Position numbers and translations under genes: made by a program
NCBI GenBank assembly: GCA_034521595.1
Contig: JAXHMG010000003.1
Location: 1,088,001 to 1,152,000 of the forward strand
DNA: 64,000 nt
Source of the DNA: Gemmatimonadota bacterium
Lineage (GTDB): Bacteria > Gemmatimonadota > Gemmatimonadetes > Longimicrobiales > Gaopeijiaceae
Reading direction: 5' to 3'
Shown: one piece after another, positions 7,872 through 16,340 of the stretch
How the letters are laid out: each line of letters begins with the position of its first letter
Numbering within the stretch: position 1 is the stretch's first letter
Notes under the pieces: model-generated
Database searches by the model: none
Seen by the model: the letters and a program-made list of their open reading frames with translations, nothing else
What the model was told of the DNA's origin: nothing

Positions 7872-10808
7872 TTGAGCGCACCCTCCCAGACCACACCACC
7901 TCCAGTCTCGAGCGCATCGATCTTCGATGCGCCGGGCCTCGGGCTCCGTCGCACCCTCTTCGCCTTTCTCGTCGCCGGAACGACCGTCTACGGCGTATCC
8001 ATGATGGCGAGCATCGTGGGCGCGGGCGGAACCACGCTGCTCGAGGTGGCGATCCTGGTCCTTTTCGCGCCGACGTTCGGCTGGATCTCCATTGCCTTCT
8101 GGAACGCGATCCTGGGGTTCGTCCTCCAGGCGTGGAATCGGGACCCGCTTACGCTACGGCCGATGGGATCGCGGGCGCGTACCCTCGCCGATGTGCCGAT
8201 CACCACGCGCACCGCGCTGGTCGTTCCCAGCCGGAACGAGGACGTGAGCGCCGTGGTCGAGCGGATCCGCTGGATGTTGGATTCGCTGGAGGAAACGGGC
8301 ATGGCGGGTGTGTTCGACGTGCACCTTTTGAGCGATGCCGACGACCCCGGATTGATCGACGTCGAGGAGCGGGAGTGGAGCGAGCTCCGGGAAGAGTACG
8401 GTGGCTCATCCGGCCTTCACTATCGACGTCGCTCGTCGAACCAAGGGCGCAAGGCGGGCAACATCGCCGAGTTCTGCGAGCGATGCGGGGACGACTACGC
8501 GTATTTCGTGGTCTTGGACGCGGACTCCGTGATGCGGGGGGATACGCTCGTCCACCTCGTCCGGGGCATGGAAGCGGATCCGAGCGTGGGCCTCCTCCAG
8601 ACGGTCCCGCTTCCTCGGCGCCAGGAAACCCGCTTCGGCCGATTCGTGGAGTTCGCGTCGACCCTCTACGGCCCGATGCTGGCCACCGGACAGAGCTTCT
8701 GGCAGGGGGACGCAGCGAATTACTGGGGGCACAACGCGATCGTGCGCATGGATCCGTTTCGGCGGCACGGTCGTCTGCCCGTCCTTCCCGGGTCGCCCCC
8801 GCTCGGTGGTGAGATCCTCTCCCACGACTTCGTGGAAGCCGCGCTCCTGCGTCGTGCCGGCTGGAGCGCGTACCTCCTCCCGGACGTGAAGGGAAGCTGG
8901 GAGGACGTGCCGAGCAACCTGCTCGACTTCGCGCGCCGTGACCGCCGTTGGGCTCAGGGGAGCCTCCAACACCTCAGGCTGATGGGCCTCGCGGGCCTCC
9001 ATCCCCTCAGCCGCCTCCACTTCTTGCTGGGGGCCATGGGTTACGTGTCCTCGTTGCTCTGGCTCCTCCTTCTCCTCGCCAGCACGATCTACGTGGCGGA
9101 GTGGCAGGGAATCGGGGGCATCGTGGTCCTCGATAGCCCCACGCCGGGTCCGGGGGCGGCGGGCCGACCGGTCCCCTCGCTTCTCGGGATTACCGCAGGA
9201 CTCTTGTTCATTCCGAAGATGTTGGGAGTCGGTCTCGCCTTCCGGGACCGGATCCCGTTCGCCAACAGAGGAAGGTTGGCCGTTCGTGCCTCGTCGGAAG
9301 CCGCGTTCGCCGTCCTGGTGGCGCCGATCATGATGCTCGTCCACGCTTGGTGTGTCACCAGCATCGTGGCTGGGCGGTCCGTGGCCTGGGGGAGCCAGCT
9401 GCGGGACGGTCGGATCGTTTCCTGGTCCGAAGCGACCCGGCGGGTCGGCTGGGTGACCGCGGTGGGGGTGGCCTGGGGCGCCTACACGCTTTTCCTGAGC
9501 CCGTTGTTCTTCGCCTGGCTTTCCCCGATCTTCGCCGGGTTGCTGGTCGCCGTGCCGACGGTACGATGGACCTCGGACCCTCGGCACGGCGTTGTTGCTT
9601 CCGGTCGTGACGACGGCCGGCGCTCACGATCCGGTCCGCCCGGAGCCGCCGATGGGCAGGAAGGTGCCGTGAACAATATGCACGAAGCCGAGCGGAGTCT
9701 CTTCGAGCTGAGGCGGCACAGAGCGGTTTACGTCGAGAGCGCGCAGGGTCCCGACGGCACCGCGGGCGTCGATCTCCTCGTCGCGTCGGCGGAAGGGATC
9801 GACGATGGAGTTCTGGCGATGCTTCGCGAATATAGTGCGGGCCCGCTTCACCTTCTCATCACGCCGTACCGCGCTCGCGCGATGGGGATCGAGGCAGGAT
9901 CCGCTCCGTTGGCACTCGAGCTACCCCAGCGCATGGGGCCGTCCGAAATCCTCCGCCTGAGCAGCACACCGCGGCCGATGCCGTCGGTCAAGCTCGCCTC
10001 ACGCCCGCTGACCGACGCCGAGGAGGTCAGCCTCTCCTTGGCACGGTTGGGGCACCTGCTACCTGCCGTGGTGAGCGCCACCGTGCCACCCGACGTACCC
10101 ACCGGTCTCGGGCAGCGGCTGGCCTCCGGGCAGGTATTGCGAGCGCACGCGAGTCGCATACGAGCGGCCTTCGCCACGCCGCGGCTCTCGGTCACGCGAG
10201 TGAGCGCGGCGGCGGTGCCCCTGCAAGACACCGAAGACGCGGAATTCATCCTGTTTCGGGAGGAACACGGCTTCCTGGAGCACGTCGCCATCCTGATCGG
10301 CTCCCGGGAGCGATGGCCGGATCCTCTTCCGGTGCGGCTCCATTCCGCGTGCCTCACGGGCGATCTCTTCGGAAGCTTGAAATGCGACTGCGGTGAGCAG
10401 CTCCACGGAAGCCTACGCCATTTTCGGGAGCGAGGCGGGGGTGTGTTGCTGTACCTGCAACAGGAGGGCCGGGGCATCGGGCTGGGGAACAAGCTCCGGG
10501 CGTACGCTCTCCAGGAAGGTGGGCTCGATACCGTGGACGCGGATTGCGCCCTCGGATTCGGGCCGGACGAGCGGAGCTACGACGCGGCCGTCGATATGCT
10601 GAGGCACCTCGGGATCGAGCGTGTCCAACTGCTCACGAACAACCCGGAAAAGCTGAGAGCACTCGAGAGCGCGGGAGTGAAGGTGCTCGACCGAATGCCC
10701 CTCCACGGAACGTTGAATCGCCACAATCTCCCCTACGTGAAAGCGAAAGTGCAACGTGCGGGCCACTGGCTCGGCGACATGTTGTCGGAGGCTTCCGAGC
10801 GACCGTGA
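7872..10808 (+). CDS. opgH-ribA: Fusion of OpgH (MdoH) glucan glucosyltransferase with a degenerate RibB-like domain and GTP cyclohydrolase II (RibA)
   Basis: OpgH motifs RKAGNIAEF, VLDADS, NYWGHNAIVR, ILSHDFVEAALLRRAGW, RDRRWAQG; in frame with no stop, RibA motifs VRLHSACLTGDLFGSLKCDCGEQL, QEGRGIGLGNKLRAY, DERSY, LLTNNPEK, GHWL; TTG 7872 start estimated. Confidence 0.9.
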   Translation: MSAPSQTTPPPVSSASIFDAPGLGLRRTLFAFLVAGTTVYGVSMMASIVGAGGTTLLEVAILVLFAPTFGWISIAFWNAILGFVLQAWNRDPLTLRPMGSRARTLADVPITTRTALVVPSRNEDVSAVVERIRWMLDSLEETGMAGVFDVHLLSDADDPGLIDVEEREWSELREEYGGSSGLHYRRRSSNQGRKAGNIAEFCERCGDDYAYFVVLDADSVMRGDTLVHLVRGMEADPSVGLLQTVPLPRRQETRFGRFVEFASTLYGPMLATGQSFWQGDAANYWGHNAIVRMDPFRRHGRLPVLPGSPPLGGEILSHDFVEAALLRRAGWSAYLLPDVKGSWEDVPSNLLDFARRDRRWAQGSLQHLRLMGLAGLHPLSRLHFLLGAMGYVSSLLWLLLLLASTIYVAEWQGIGGIVVLDSPTPGPGAAGRPVPSLLGITAGLLFIPKMLGVGLAFRDRIPFANRGRLAVRASSEAAFAVLVAPIMMLVHAWCVTSIVAGRSVAWGSQLRDGRIVSWSEATRRVGWVTAVGVAWGAYTLFLSPLFFAWLSPIFAGLLVAVPTVRWTSDPRHGVVASGRDDGRRSRSGPPGAADGQEGAVNNMHEAERSLFELRRHRAVYVESAQGPDGTAGVDLLVASAEGIDDGVLAMLREYSAGPLHLLITPYRARAMGIEAGSAPLALELPQRMGPSEILRLSSTPRPMPSVKLASRPLTDAEEVSLSLARLGHLLPAVVSATVPPDVPTGLGQRLASGQVLRAHASRIRAAFATPRLSVTRVSAAAVPLQDTEDAEFILFREEHGFLEHVAILIGSRERWPDPLPVRLHSACLTGDLFGSLKCDCGEQLHGSLRHFRERGGGVLLYLQQEGRGIGLGNKLRAYALQEGGLDTVDADCALGFGPDERSYDAAVDMLRHLGIERVQLLTNNPEKLRALESAGVKVLDRMPLHGTLNRHNLPYVKAKVQRAGHWLGDMLSEASERP

Positions 10809-11380
10809 AGGGGTCGTCGGATTACAGGGGACATCCCTGCGGCGCTTGTCGGAGCGTCGGGACGGGACGCGCGGCGATCCTCCTCGCGCTGTTGGGGACG
10901 GTCGCGTGCGAGCCGGTGCCCGAGGTGGCCCGAGATCCCGATCCGCTCCTCCAAACGTCGGAGCTCCGATACCGGATCGAGCGGCACGACATCGGCTACT
11001 CCACGCAGGTCGTCTACACGTTCCGGAACGACACGGGCGCGGACGTCCATCTCGAGAATTGCGACGGTGACATACGTCCGTTGCTCCAGGTGCGACGCGA
11101 GGGCCGCTGGGTTGATGCTTGGCGCCCGCTGATGCGGGAGTGCGCGAGTGAGCCCGTGGTGATCGAGAGGGGAGCCCGCCTCACCGACACGCTCGAGGTC
11201 GTGGGGGCCCCGCCCGAATCGAACGTCTCTCCGAGCTTCGTGTTCGAGGACGTTGAAGGTGTCTATCGATTGTATTGGTTCCAATCCCGGCTCGTCCCCG
11301 AGGGTGAAAGCGGGGGCGACGCCTCCGATCCCGGGATCCCGTGGCGGACGTCGAACCCGTTCGCCCTCGCGTTTCCCTGA
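10805..11380 (+). CDS. Hypothetical lipoprotein (beta-rich)
   Basis: GTGA overlap with upstream stop; hydrophobic stretch ending in lipobox-like TVAC; beta-strand pattern with two Cys. Confidence 0.6.
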   Translation: MKGSSDYRGHPCGACRSVGTGRAAILLALLGTVACEPVPEVARDPDPLLQTSELRYRIERHDIGYSTQVVYTFRNDTGADVHLENCDGDIRPLLQVRREGRWVDAWRPLMRECASEPVVIERGARLTDTLEVVGAPPESNVSPSFVFEDVEGVYRLYWFQSRLVPEGESGGDASDPGIPWRTSNPFALAFP

Positions 11381-11403
11381 CCGCCCGTGCTGGAGGATGC
11401 TCG

Positions 11404-11619
11404 ATGCCACCCAGCCGCTATGTTTCCGCGGATCGTCTCCTGCGCATGCTGGCGTACATCGCCGTGGCCGTGGTCGTGTTGGTGGCGGCCGATGCGGTGT
11501 TCCGTGTCTTCGGGTCGCCCCAGGCGGTGCGTCGCACCTTCGCGGTGATCTGGATCGTGGCCCTCCCGTTGGGAGGATGGTGGCTCTGGCGGCGCACGGC
11601 CCGCGATTCCGGCCATTGA
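11404..11619 (+). CDS. Small two-TM membrane protein
   Basis: GGAGG SD at 11392-11396, ATG 11404, two hydrophobic helices. Confidence 0.6.
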   Translation: MPPSRYVSADRLLRMLAYIAVAVVVLVAADAVFRVFGSPQAVRRTFAVIWIVALPLGGWWLWRRTARDSGH

Positions 11620-11673
11620 CCCTTCGGCCCGGTGGGGCCAGCTTCTCCAAAGCGAGTCGGCACCCGACGCGAG

Positions 11674-11709
11674 GCGCGGCCCCGATGGATTCCGGGCGCC
11701 GCGTTTTTT
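11674..11709 (+). terminator. Intrinsic terminator-like hairpin upstream of thrS
   Basis: GCGCGGCCCCG...CGGGCGCCGCG stem followed by T6. Confidence 0.55.
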
Positions 11710-11745
11710 GATGTCAGTCGGTGGAACTCTCAGGACCCACGAGCC

Positions 11746-13671
11746 ATGTCGAGCGAACACATCCGCATCACCCTTCCGAACGGCGATGTTCTCGAGCTTC
11801 CGGAAGGATCCACGGCCGGGGATGTCGCGGCTGCTATCGGACCGGGGCTGGCCCGCGCCGCGCTCGCCGCGGTCGTGAACGGTCGCACGGTCGGCCTCAT
11901 GGAACCCATCGAAGGTGACGCCGAAGTAAGGATCCTGACGGAGAAGGATCCCGAGGCCCTTCCGGTGTTGCGCCATTCCGCCGCGCACGTGCTCGCCACG
12001 GCGGTGCGCGAGCTGCGTCCGGGCGCCGGCATCGGATTCGGTCCGGCCATCGACGAGGGATTCTACTACGATTTCGACGTGCCCGAGCCCTTCACTCCCG
12101 AAGACCTCGAGATCTTCGAGCAGAAGATGGAGGAGGTCACCGAGGCCGACCAGCCGTTCGAGCGCAAGCACGTTACCAAGGAAGAAGCGCGCGAGCTGTT
12201 CTCGGACGACCCTCTCAAGCTCGAACGGCTCGAGGAGTTCGACGACGACGAGGTCATCACCGTCTACGAGAACGGTCCCTTCATGGACCTGTGCAAGGGA
12301 CCCCACGTGCCGAGCACCGGCCGCCTCGAGCACTTCAAGCTGCTCTCGGGCGCGGGCGCCTATTGGCGTGGGGACGAGCGCCGCCAGATGCTGCAACGCA
12401 TTTACGGTACGGCCTTCCCGAAGCAGCAGGACCTCGACGAGTACATCGAACGGCGGGAAGAGGCGCGAAAGCGTGACCATCGACGGGTCGGAAAGGACCT
12501 GGATCTGTTCCTCTTCCATCCCTGGGCGCCGGGCGCGCCCTTCTGGACGGATCGCGGGACGACGGTGTTCCAGGTGTTGAGCGAGTGGATGTCGGGTGTT
12601 TTGCGCGAGAATGGCTATCAGCAGGTCAAGACCCCGCTCCTGTACAACAAATCGCTCTGGGAGCAGTCCGGTCACTGGGGGAAGTACCGCGAGAACATGT
12701 TCATGGTTCTGGATAAGGAATCCGGGGAGCACGACCTCTCCCTCAAGCCCATGAACTGTCCCTCCCACTACCTCCTCTACCAGGCGCGTCGGCGGTCTTA
12801 CCGAGAGTTGCCGGTCCGGTTCGCCACCCAGGACGTGCTCCACCGAAACGAGGTCACGGGCGCGCTCAGCGGTCTCACGCGCGTGCGCCAGTTCCAACAG
12901 GACGACGCCCACATCTTCCTCACGGAAGACCAGATCGTGGACGAGGTCCGCCGTCTCGTCGAGCTCATCGACTACTTCTACCGTACGCTCGGCCTCGAGT
13001 ACAGGACGAAGTTCGCCACCCGACCGGAAGAGCGCATCGGAGACGATGCCATGTGGGATCGTTCGGAGCGCGCGCTTCGGGATGCCCTCGACGCGCTCGG
13101 CCGCCCCTACGACTTGAAGGAGGGAGACGGCGCGTTCTACGGCCCGAAGATCGACTTCGACGTCGTGGACGCGATCGGACGCGAATGGCAGCTGGGTACC
13201 ATTCAGCTGGATTACGCAAACCCGGATCGCTTCGACCTCACGTACGTGGGTGAGGACAACACCGAGCACCGACCGGTCATCATCCACCGCGCGATTTTCG
13301 GCTCGTTCGAACGGTTCATCGCGATCCTCATCGAACACTACGCGGGAGCGTTCCCGACGTGGCTCAGCCCCGAGCAGGTTCGGGTGCTGCCGATCTCGGA
13401 GCAGTGGGTCGACAGCGCACGGGACCTCGTCACCCAACTCGAGCACGCCGGCGTGCGAGCCCGGATGGCCCCGAGAGATACGCTCAACTACCGGATTCGG
13501 GAGGCGGAGAAGCTGAAGATCCCCTACATGGCGGTCGTGGGTGAACGCGAAGCCGCGAATGACACGGTGGCGGTCCGGCGTCGGGGAGCGGGGAAGAAAC
13601 AAGACATTATCGCGCGGGCGGACTTCGTGGAGCGAGTGACCGAGGAGGTCCGGTCGAGGGCGCTCGAGTGA
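11746..13671 (+). CDS. thrS: Threonine--tRNA ligase
   Basis: TGS domain, RHSAAH, DLCKGPH, RDHRRVG, KPMNCP, GAFYGPKIDF, IHRAIFGSFERF. Confidence 0.98.
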   Translation: MSSEHIRITLPNGDVLELPEGSTAGDVAAAIGPGLARAALAAVVNGRTVGLMEPIEGDAEVRILTEKDPEALPVLRHSAAHVLATAVRELRPGAGIGFGPAIDEGFYYDFDVPEPFTPEDLEIFEQKMEEVTEADQPFERKHVTKEEARELFSDDPLKLERLEEFDDDEVITVYENGPFMDLCKGPHVPSTGRLEHFKLLSGAGAYWRGDERRQMLQRIYGTAFPKQQDLDEYIERREEARKRDHRRVGKDLDLFLFHPWAPGAPFWTDRGTTVFQVLSEWMSGVLRENGYQQVKTPLLYNKSLWEQSGHWGKYRENMFMVLDKESGEHDLSLKPMNCPSHYLLYQARRRSYRELPVRFATQDVLHRNEVTGALSGLTRVRQFQQDDAHIFLTEDQIVDEVRRLVELIDYFYRTLGLEYRTKFATRPEERIGDDAMWDRSERALRDALDALGRPYDLKEGDGAFYGPKIDFDVVDAIGREWQLGTIQLDYANPDRFDLTYVGEDNTEHRPVIIHRAIFGSFERFIAILIEHYAGAFPTWLSPEQVRVLPISEQWVDSARDLVTQLEHAGVRARMAPRDTLNYRIREAEKLKIPYMAVVGEREAANDTVAVRRRGAGKKQDIIARADFVERVTEEVRSRALE

Positions 13672-13759
13672 CCGAGGGCGGTCCCCGGAGCTCCCGGAGA
13701 ACGACGGAGCGTGCCGTTGACCGGGATGAGCGCATCGCCCATCTTCTCCGAGGAGAAAA

Positions 13760-13902
13760 TCAGCAAGCAGGTCGGCTCGGCCGCCGTCCTCACCCTCGGG
13801 CTCCACGGAGCCGACTCGGGGGTCGCGCTTTCATCGGGTGTGCCTCAGGGCGGACCCGGAACGGCTAGTGCGACCCGGGTTCCGAGAGCTCGGGTCTTTT
13901 TT
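13760..13902 (+). promoter_or_regulatory. Candidate L20-leader-like attenuator with intrinsic terminator upstream of infC-rpmI-rplT
   Basis: AAGCAG...CTCACC element with AAGC/GCTT closing pair, then hairpin GACCCGGGTTC-CGA-GAGCTCGGGTC plus T6 (13872-13902). Confidence 0.45.
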
Positions 13903-13965
13903 GTCGTTCGTGATCAGGTGTCATGGTGACGCCCGACACAGGACACCATCGGAGGGTTAGGGGAA

Positions 13966-14484
13966 ATCAACGACAAGCGAGTCCGCGTGAACGAGCAGAT
14001 CCGGATCAGCCCGGTCCGGTTGATTCAGGACGATGGTGAGCAGATCGGCATCGTCTCCCTCGACGAGGCGCGTGAGCGCGCTACCAAACGGGGAATGGAT
14101 CTGGTCGAAGTAGCGGCAGATGCCCGTCCGCCCGTGGTCAAGATGATGGACTACGGCAAGTACAAGTACGAAGCCCAGCGGGCTGCCAAGGAAGCGCGGA
14201 AAAAACAGCATACGATCCAGGTCAAGGAAGTGAAATTCCGACCGGGCATCGAGGACCACGACTACGAGTTCAAGCTCCGACACGCGCGTCGTTTCCTCGA
14301 AGAGGGAAACAAGGTCAAGCTGACCATGATGTTCCGGGGACGTCAGGTCACACACCCCGAGCTGGGCGTGGAGATCTTGTCCCAGGTGATGGAAGACCTG
14401 AAGGACGTGGGCAAGGTCGAGTCCCAGCCGAATATGGAAGGGCGGGTGATGTCCATGGTCGCCGCTCCCCTCGACACCAAGTAG
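13966..14484 (+). CDS. infC: Translation initiation factor IF-3 (non-canonical ATC start)
   Basis: RVNEQIR, DLVEVA, MDYGKYKYE, KEVKFRP, FRGR; in-frame ATC at 13966 after GGAGG. Confidence 0.97.
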   Translation: MNDKRVRVNEQIRISPVRLIQDDGEQIGIVSLDEARERATKRGMDLVEVAADARPPVVKMMDYGKYKYEAQRAAKEARKKQHTIQVKEVKFRPGIEDHDYEFKLRHARRFLEEGNKVKLTMMFRGRQVTHPELGVEILSQVMEDLKDVGKVESQPNMEGRVMSMVAAPLDTK

Positions 14485-14532
14485 AGAACCGGGTCCTGCG
14501 GGCTCGGCCCAAAGGAACAACGGAGAGACTGA

Positions 14533-14733
14533 ATGCCGAAGATGAAGACGCACCGAGGTGCGGCCAAGCGCGTCAAGAAGACGGGCACGGGTAAGCTCAA
14601 GCGCATGCGCGCGAACAAGAGCCATATCCTGACCAAGAAGACGCGGAAGCGGAAGCGCCGCCTTCGGCGGTCCGATCTGGTGGCCTCCTCCGACGCGAAG
14701 AAGCTGAAGCGAATCCTACCCTACGGCGCCTGA
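14533..14733 (+). CDS. rpmI: 50S ribosomal protein L35
   Basis: [13 protein letters not shown]...HILTKK; synteny. Confidence 0.98.
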   Translation: MPKMKTHRGAAKRVKKTGTGKLKRMRANKSHILTKKTRKRKRRLRRSDLVASSDAKKLKRILPYGA

Positions 14734-14745
14734 GGAGGAGTCCCC

Positions 14746-15114
14746 ATGCCGAGAGCGACCTCCGCCGTAGCGCGGAACAGAAAGAAGAAGAAGATCTTCA
14801 AGGCTGCGAAGGGTTACTTCGGCGGCCGTAAGAATCTCTATCGGACGGCGAAAGACGCCGTCGAGCGCGGTTGGCAACACGCCTATCGGGATCGCAAGAA
14901 GAAGAAGCGGACGTTCCGGAGGCTCTGGATCGCGCGCATCAACGCGGCCGCGCGGGAGCACGACCTCTCCTATTCGCGCTTCATAAACGGCCTGAAGCAC
15001 GCCGGAATCGAGTTGGACCGGAAGGCGCTCGCGGATGTCGCGGTGCGTAATCCCGAAGCGTTCGAAACGCTGGTCGTTCGCGCGAAGGAAGGGCTCGACC
15101 AGAAGGCCGGATAA
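14746..15114 (+). CDS. rplT: 50S ribosomal protein L20
   Basis: MPRA...KGYFGGR...YRDRK...LWIARINAA...LDRKALA. Confidence 0.98.
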   Translation: MPRATSAVARNRKKKKIFKAAKGYFGGRKNLYRTAKDAVERGWQHAYRDRKKKKRTFRRLWIARINAAAREHDLSYSRFINGLKHAGIELDRKALADVAVRNPEAFETLVVRAKEGLDQKAG

Positions 15115-15150
15115 GCCGGACGTTCCGATCCGAGGGTCCACACCTGGTAG

Positions 15151-15185
15151 GGGCCTCGCGGCATCGAGCCGCGGGGCCCTTCCTG
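15151..15185 (+). terminator. Strong hairpin after rplT (possible terminator or processing stem)
   Basis: GGGCCTCGCGGC-ATCGA-GCCGCGGGGCCC followed by only a weak T tract (TTCCT). Confidence 0.35.
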
Positions 15186-15314
15186 CATCCGGGGGCAGGG
15201 GAACCCGTTCCCGGCGGGTGGGATGAGCGGCGCGAGTCGCTCGGATTGCATCCCGTCGTGCGCTTGATAGCTTACGGACCGCCCCGGAAGGGCCTACCCC
15301 CGTCACTTGCGGAG

Positions 15315-16340
15315 ATGATGAATCAGCCTGACCTGACCAACGCTTTGCGCACCCTCGAGCGGGAGGCTCTGGAGCGGATCGCGAGCGCGAACGACGCGGA
15401 AGCACTCGAGGCAGTTCGTGTGGACTATCTCGGCCGCAAGGAAGGACGCGTATCCCAGATCCTGAGGGGTCTGGGTAGCATGCCTCCGGAGGAGCGGCCG
15501 GCGGTTGGCCAGGAAGCCAATCGGGTGAAGGACGAGCTCGCGCGGGCGCTCGATCGACGAGAAGCCGAGGTGAGCGGGGTCGAGGACCATACGTACGGGG
15601 ACCGGAGCCTTCCGGCCCGCGACCCGTGGCGTGGCGGGCTCCACCCCATCACGCAGGCGGTGGACGAGATCTGGGAGATCTTCCGGGGGCTCGGCTTCAG
15701 TCGAGCCCGCGGGCCCGAGGCGGACACCGAGTGGTACAACTTCGAGGCGCTGAACACCCCGCTCGACCATCCGGCCGCCGACGAGCAGGACACGCTGTAC
15801 CTCGCGGACTCCGTCCTCCTGCGCAGCCATACCTCGCCCGTGCAGATGCGCACGATGGAGCGGCACGACCCGCCCGTCCGCGTATTGGCTCCCGGCTGGG
15901 TCTATCGGCGCGATACCTACGACGCCACACACACTCCCGCGTTCATGCAGATCGAGGGGCTCGTGATCGACGAGGGGGTCACCTTCGTGGATTTCAAGGC
16001 GACGCTGGCCGAGTTCGCGCGACGCTACTGGGGCTCGGACACACGCGTTCGTTTCCGCCCGTCTTTCTTTCCATTCACCGAGCCCAGCGCCGAGGTGGAC
16101 GTCAAACGCTTCGTCACCCGACCGGACGGAACGAGGGAAGAGACGGACTGGTTGGAGATCATGGGCGCGGGAATGGTCGATCCGGCCGTTATCGAGAACG
16201 CGGGGCACGACCCGGAGCGCTACACCGGCTGGGCGTTCGGGATGGGACCGGGACGCATCGCGATGCTCAAGCACGGCGTGAGCGATCTTCGAACCTTCTT
16301 CGAGAACGACGTCCGCTTCCTTTCCCAGTTCGCCTCATGA
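15315..16340 (+). CDS. pheS: Phenylalanine--tRNA ligase alpha subunit
   Basis: LRSHTSPVQ, YRRD, HTPAFMQIEG, FPFTEPSAE, AFGMG; start 15315 or 15318. Confidence 0.97.
   Translation: MMNQPDLTNALRTLEREALERIASANDAEALEAVRVDYLGRKEGRVSQILRGLGSMPPEERPAVGQEANRVKDELARALDRREAEVSGVEDHTYGDRSLPARDPWRGGLHPITQAVDEIWEIFRGLGFSRARGPEADTEWYNFEALNTPLDHPAADEQDTLYLADSVLLRSHTSPVQMRTMERHDPPVRVLAPGWVYRRDTYDATHTPAFMQIEGLVIDEGVTFVDFKATLAEFARRYWGSDTRVRFRPSFFPFTEPSAEVDVKRFVTRPDGTREETDWLEIMGAGMVDPAVIENAGHDPERYTGWAFGMGPGRIAMLKHGVSDLRTFFENDVRFLSQFAS

Noticed and set aside
2033-10808. Ordinary riboflavin biosynthesis operon
   Set aside because: No deaminase domain, intact DHBP synthase, lumazine synthase, riboflavin synthase or FMN riboswitch seen; a contribution to flavin synthesis is not excluded.
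11620-11745. T-box riboswitch upstream of thrS
   Set aside because: A terminator-like hairpin is present, but there is no room for stem I and no T-box consensus before the hairpin.
11263-13806. 847 aa minus-strand ORF and similar long ORFs (24041-26659, 6310-7917, 17600-18898, 46864-48381)
   Set aside because: Antisense shadows of well-supported genes in GC-rich DNA, with no recognisable motifs.
15115-15314. pheM-like leader peptide attenuator before pheS
   Set aside because: No short Phe-rich ORF found.
15626-16336. N-terminal extension making PheT 1042 aa
   Set aside because: Alternative frame within pheS; the real start is the ATGA-coupled ATG at 16337.
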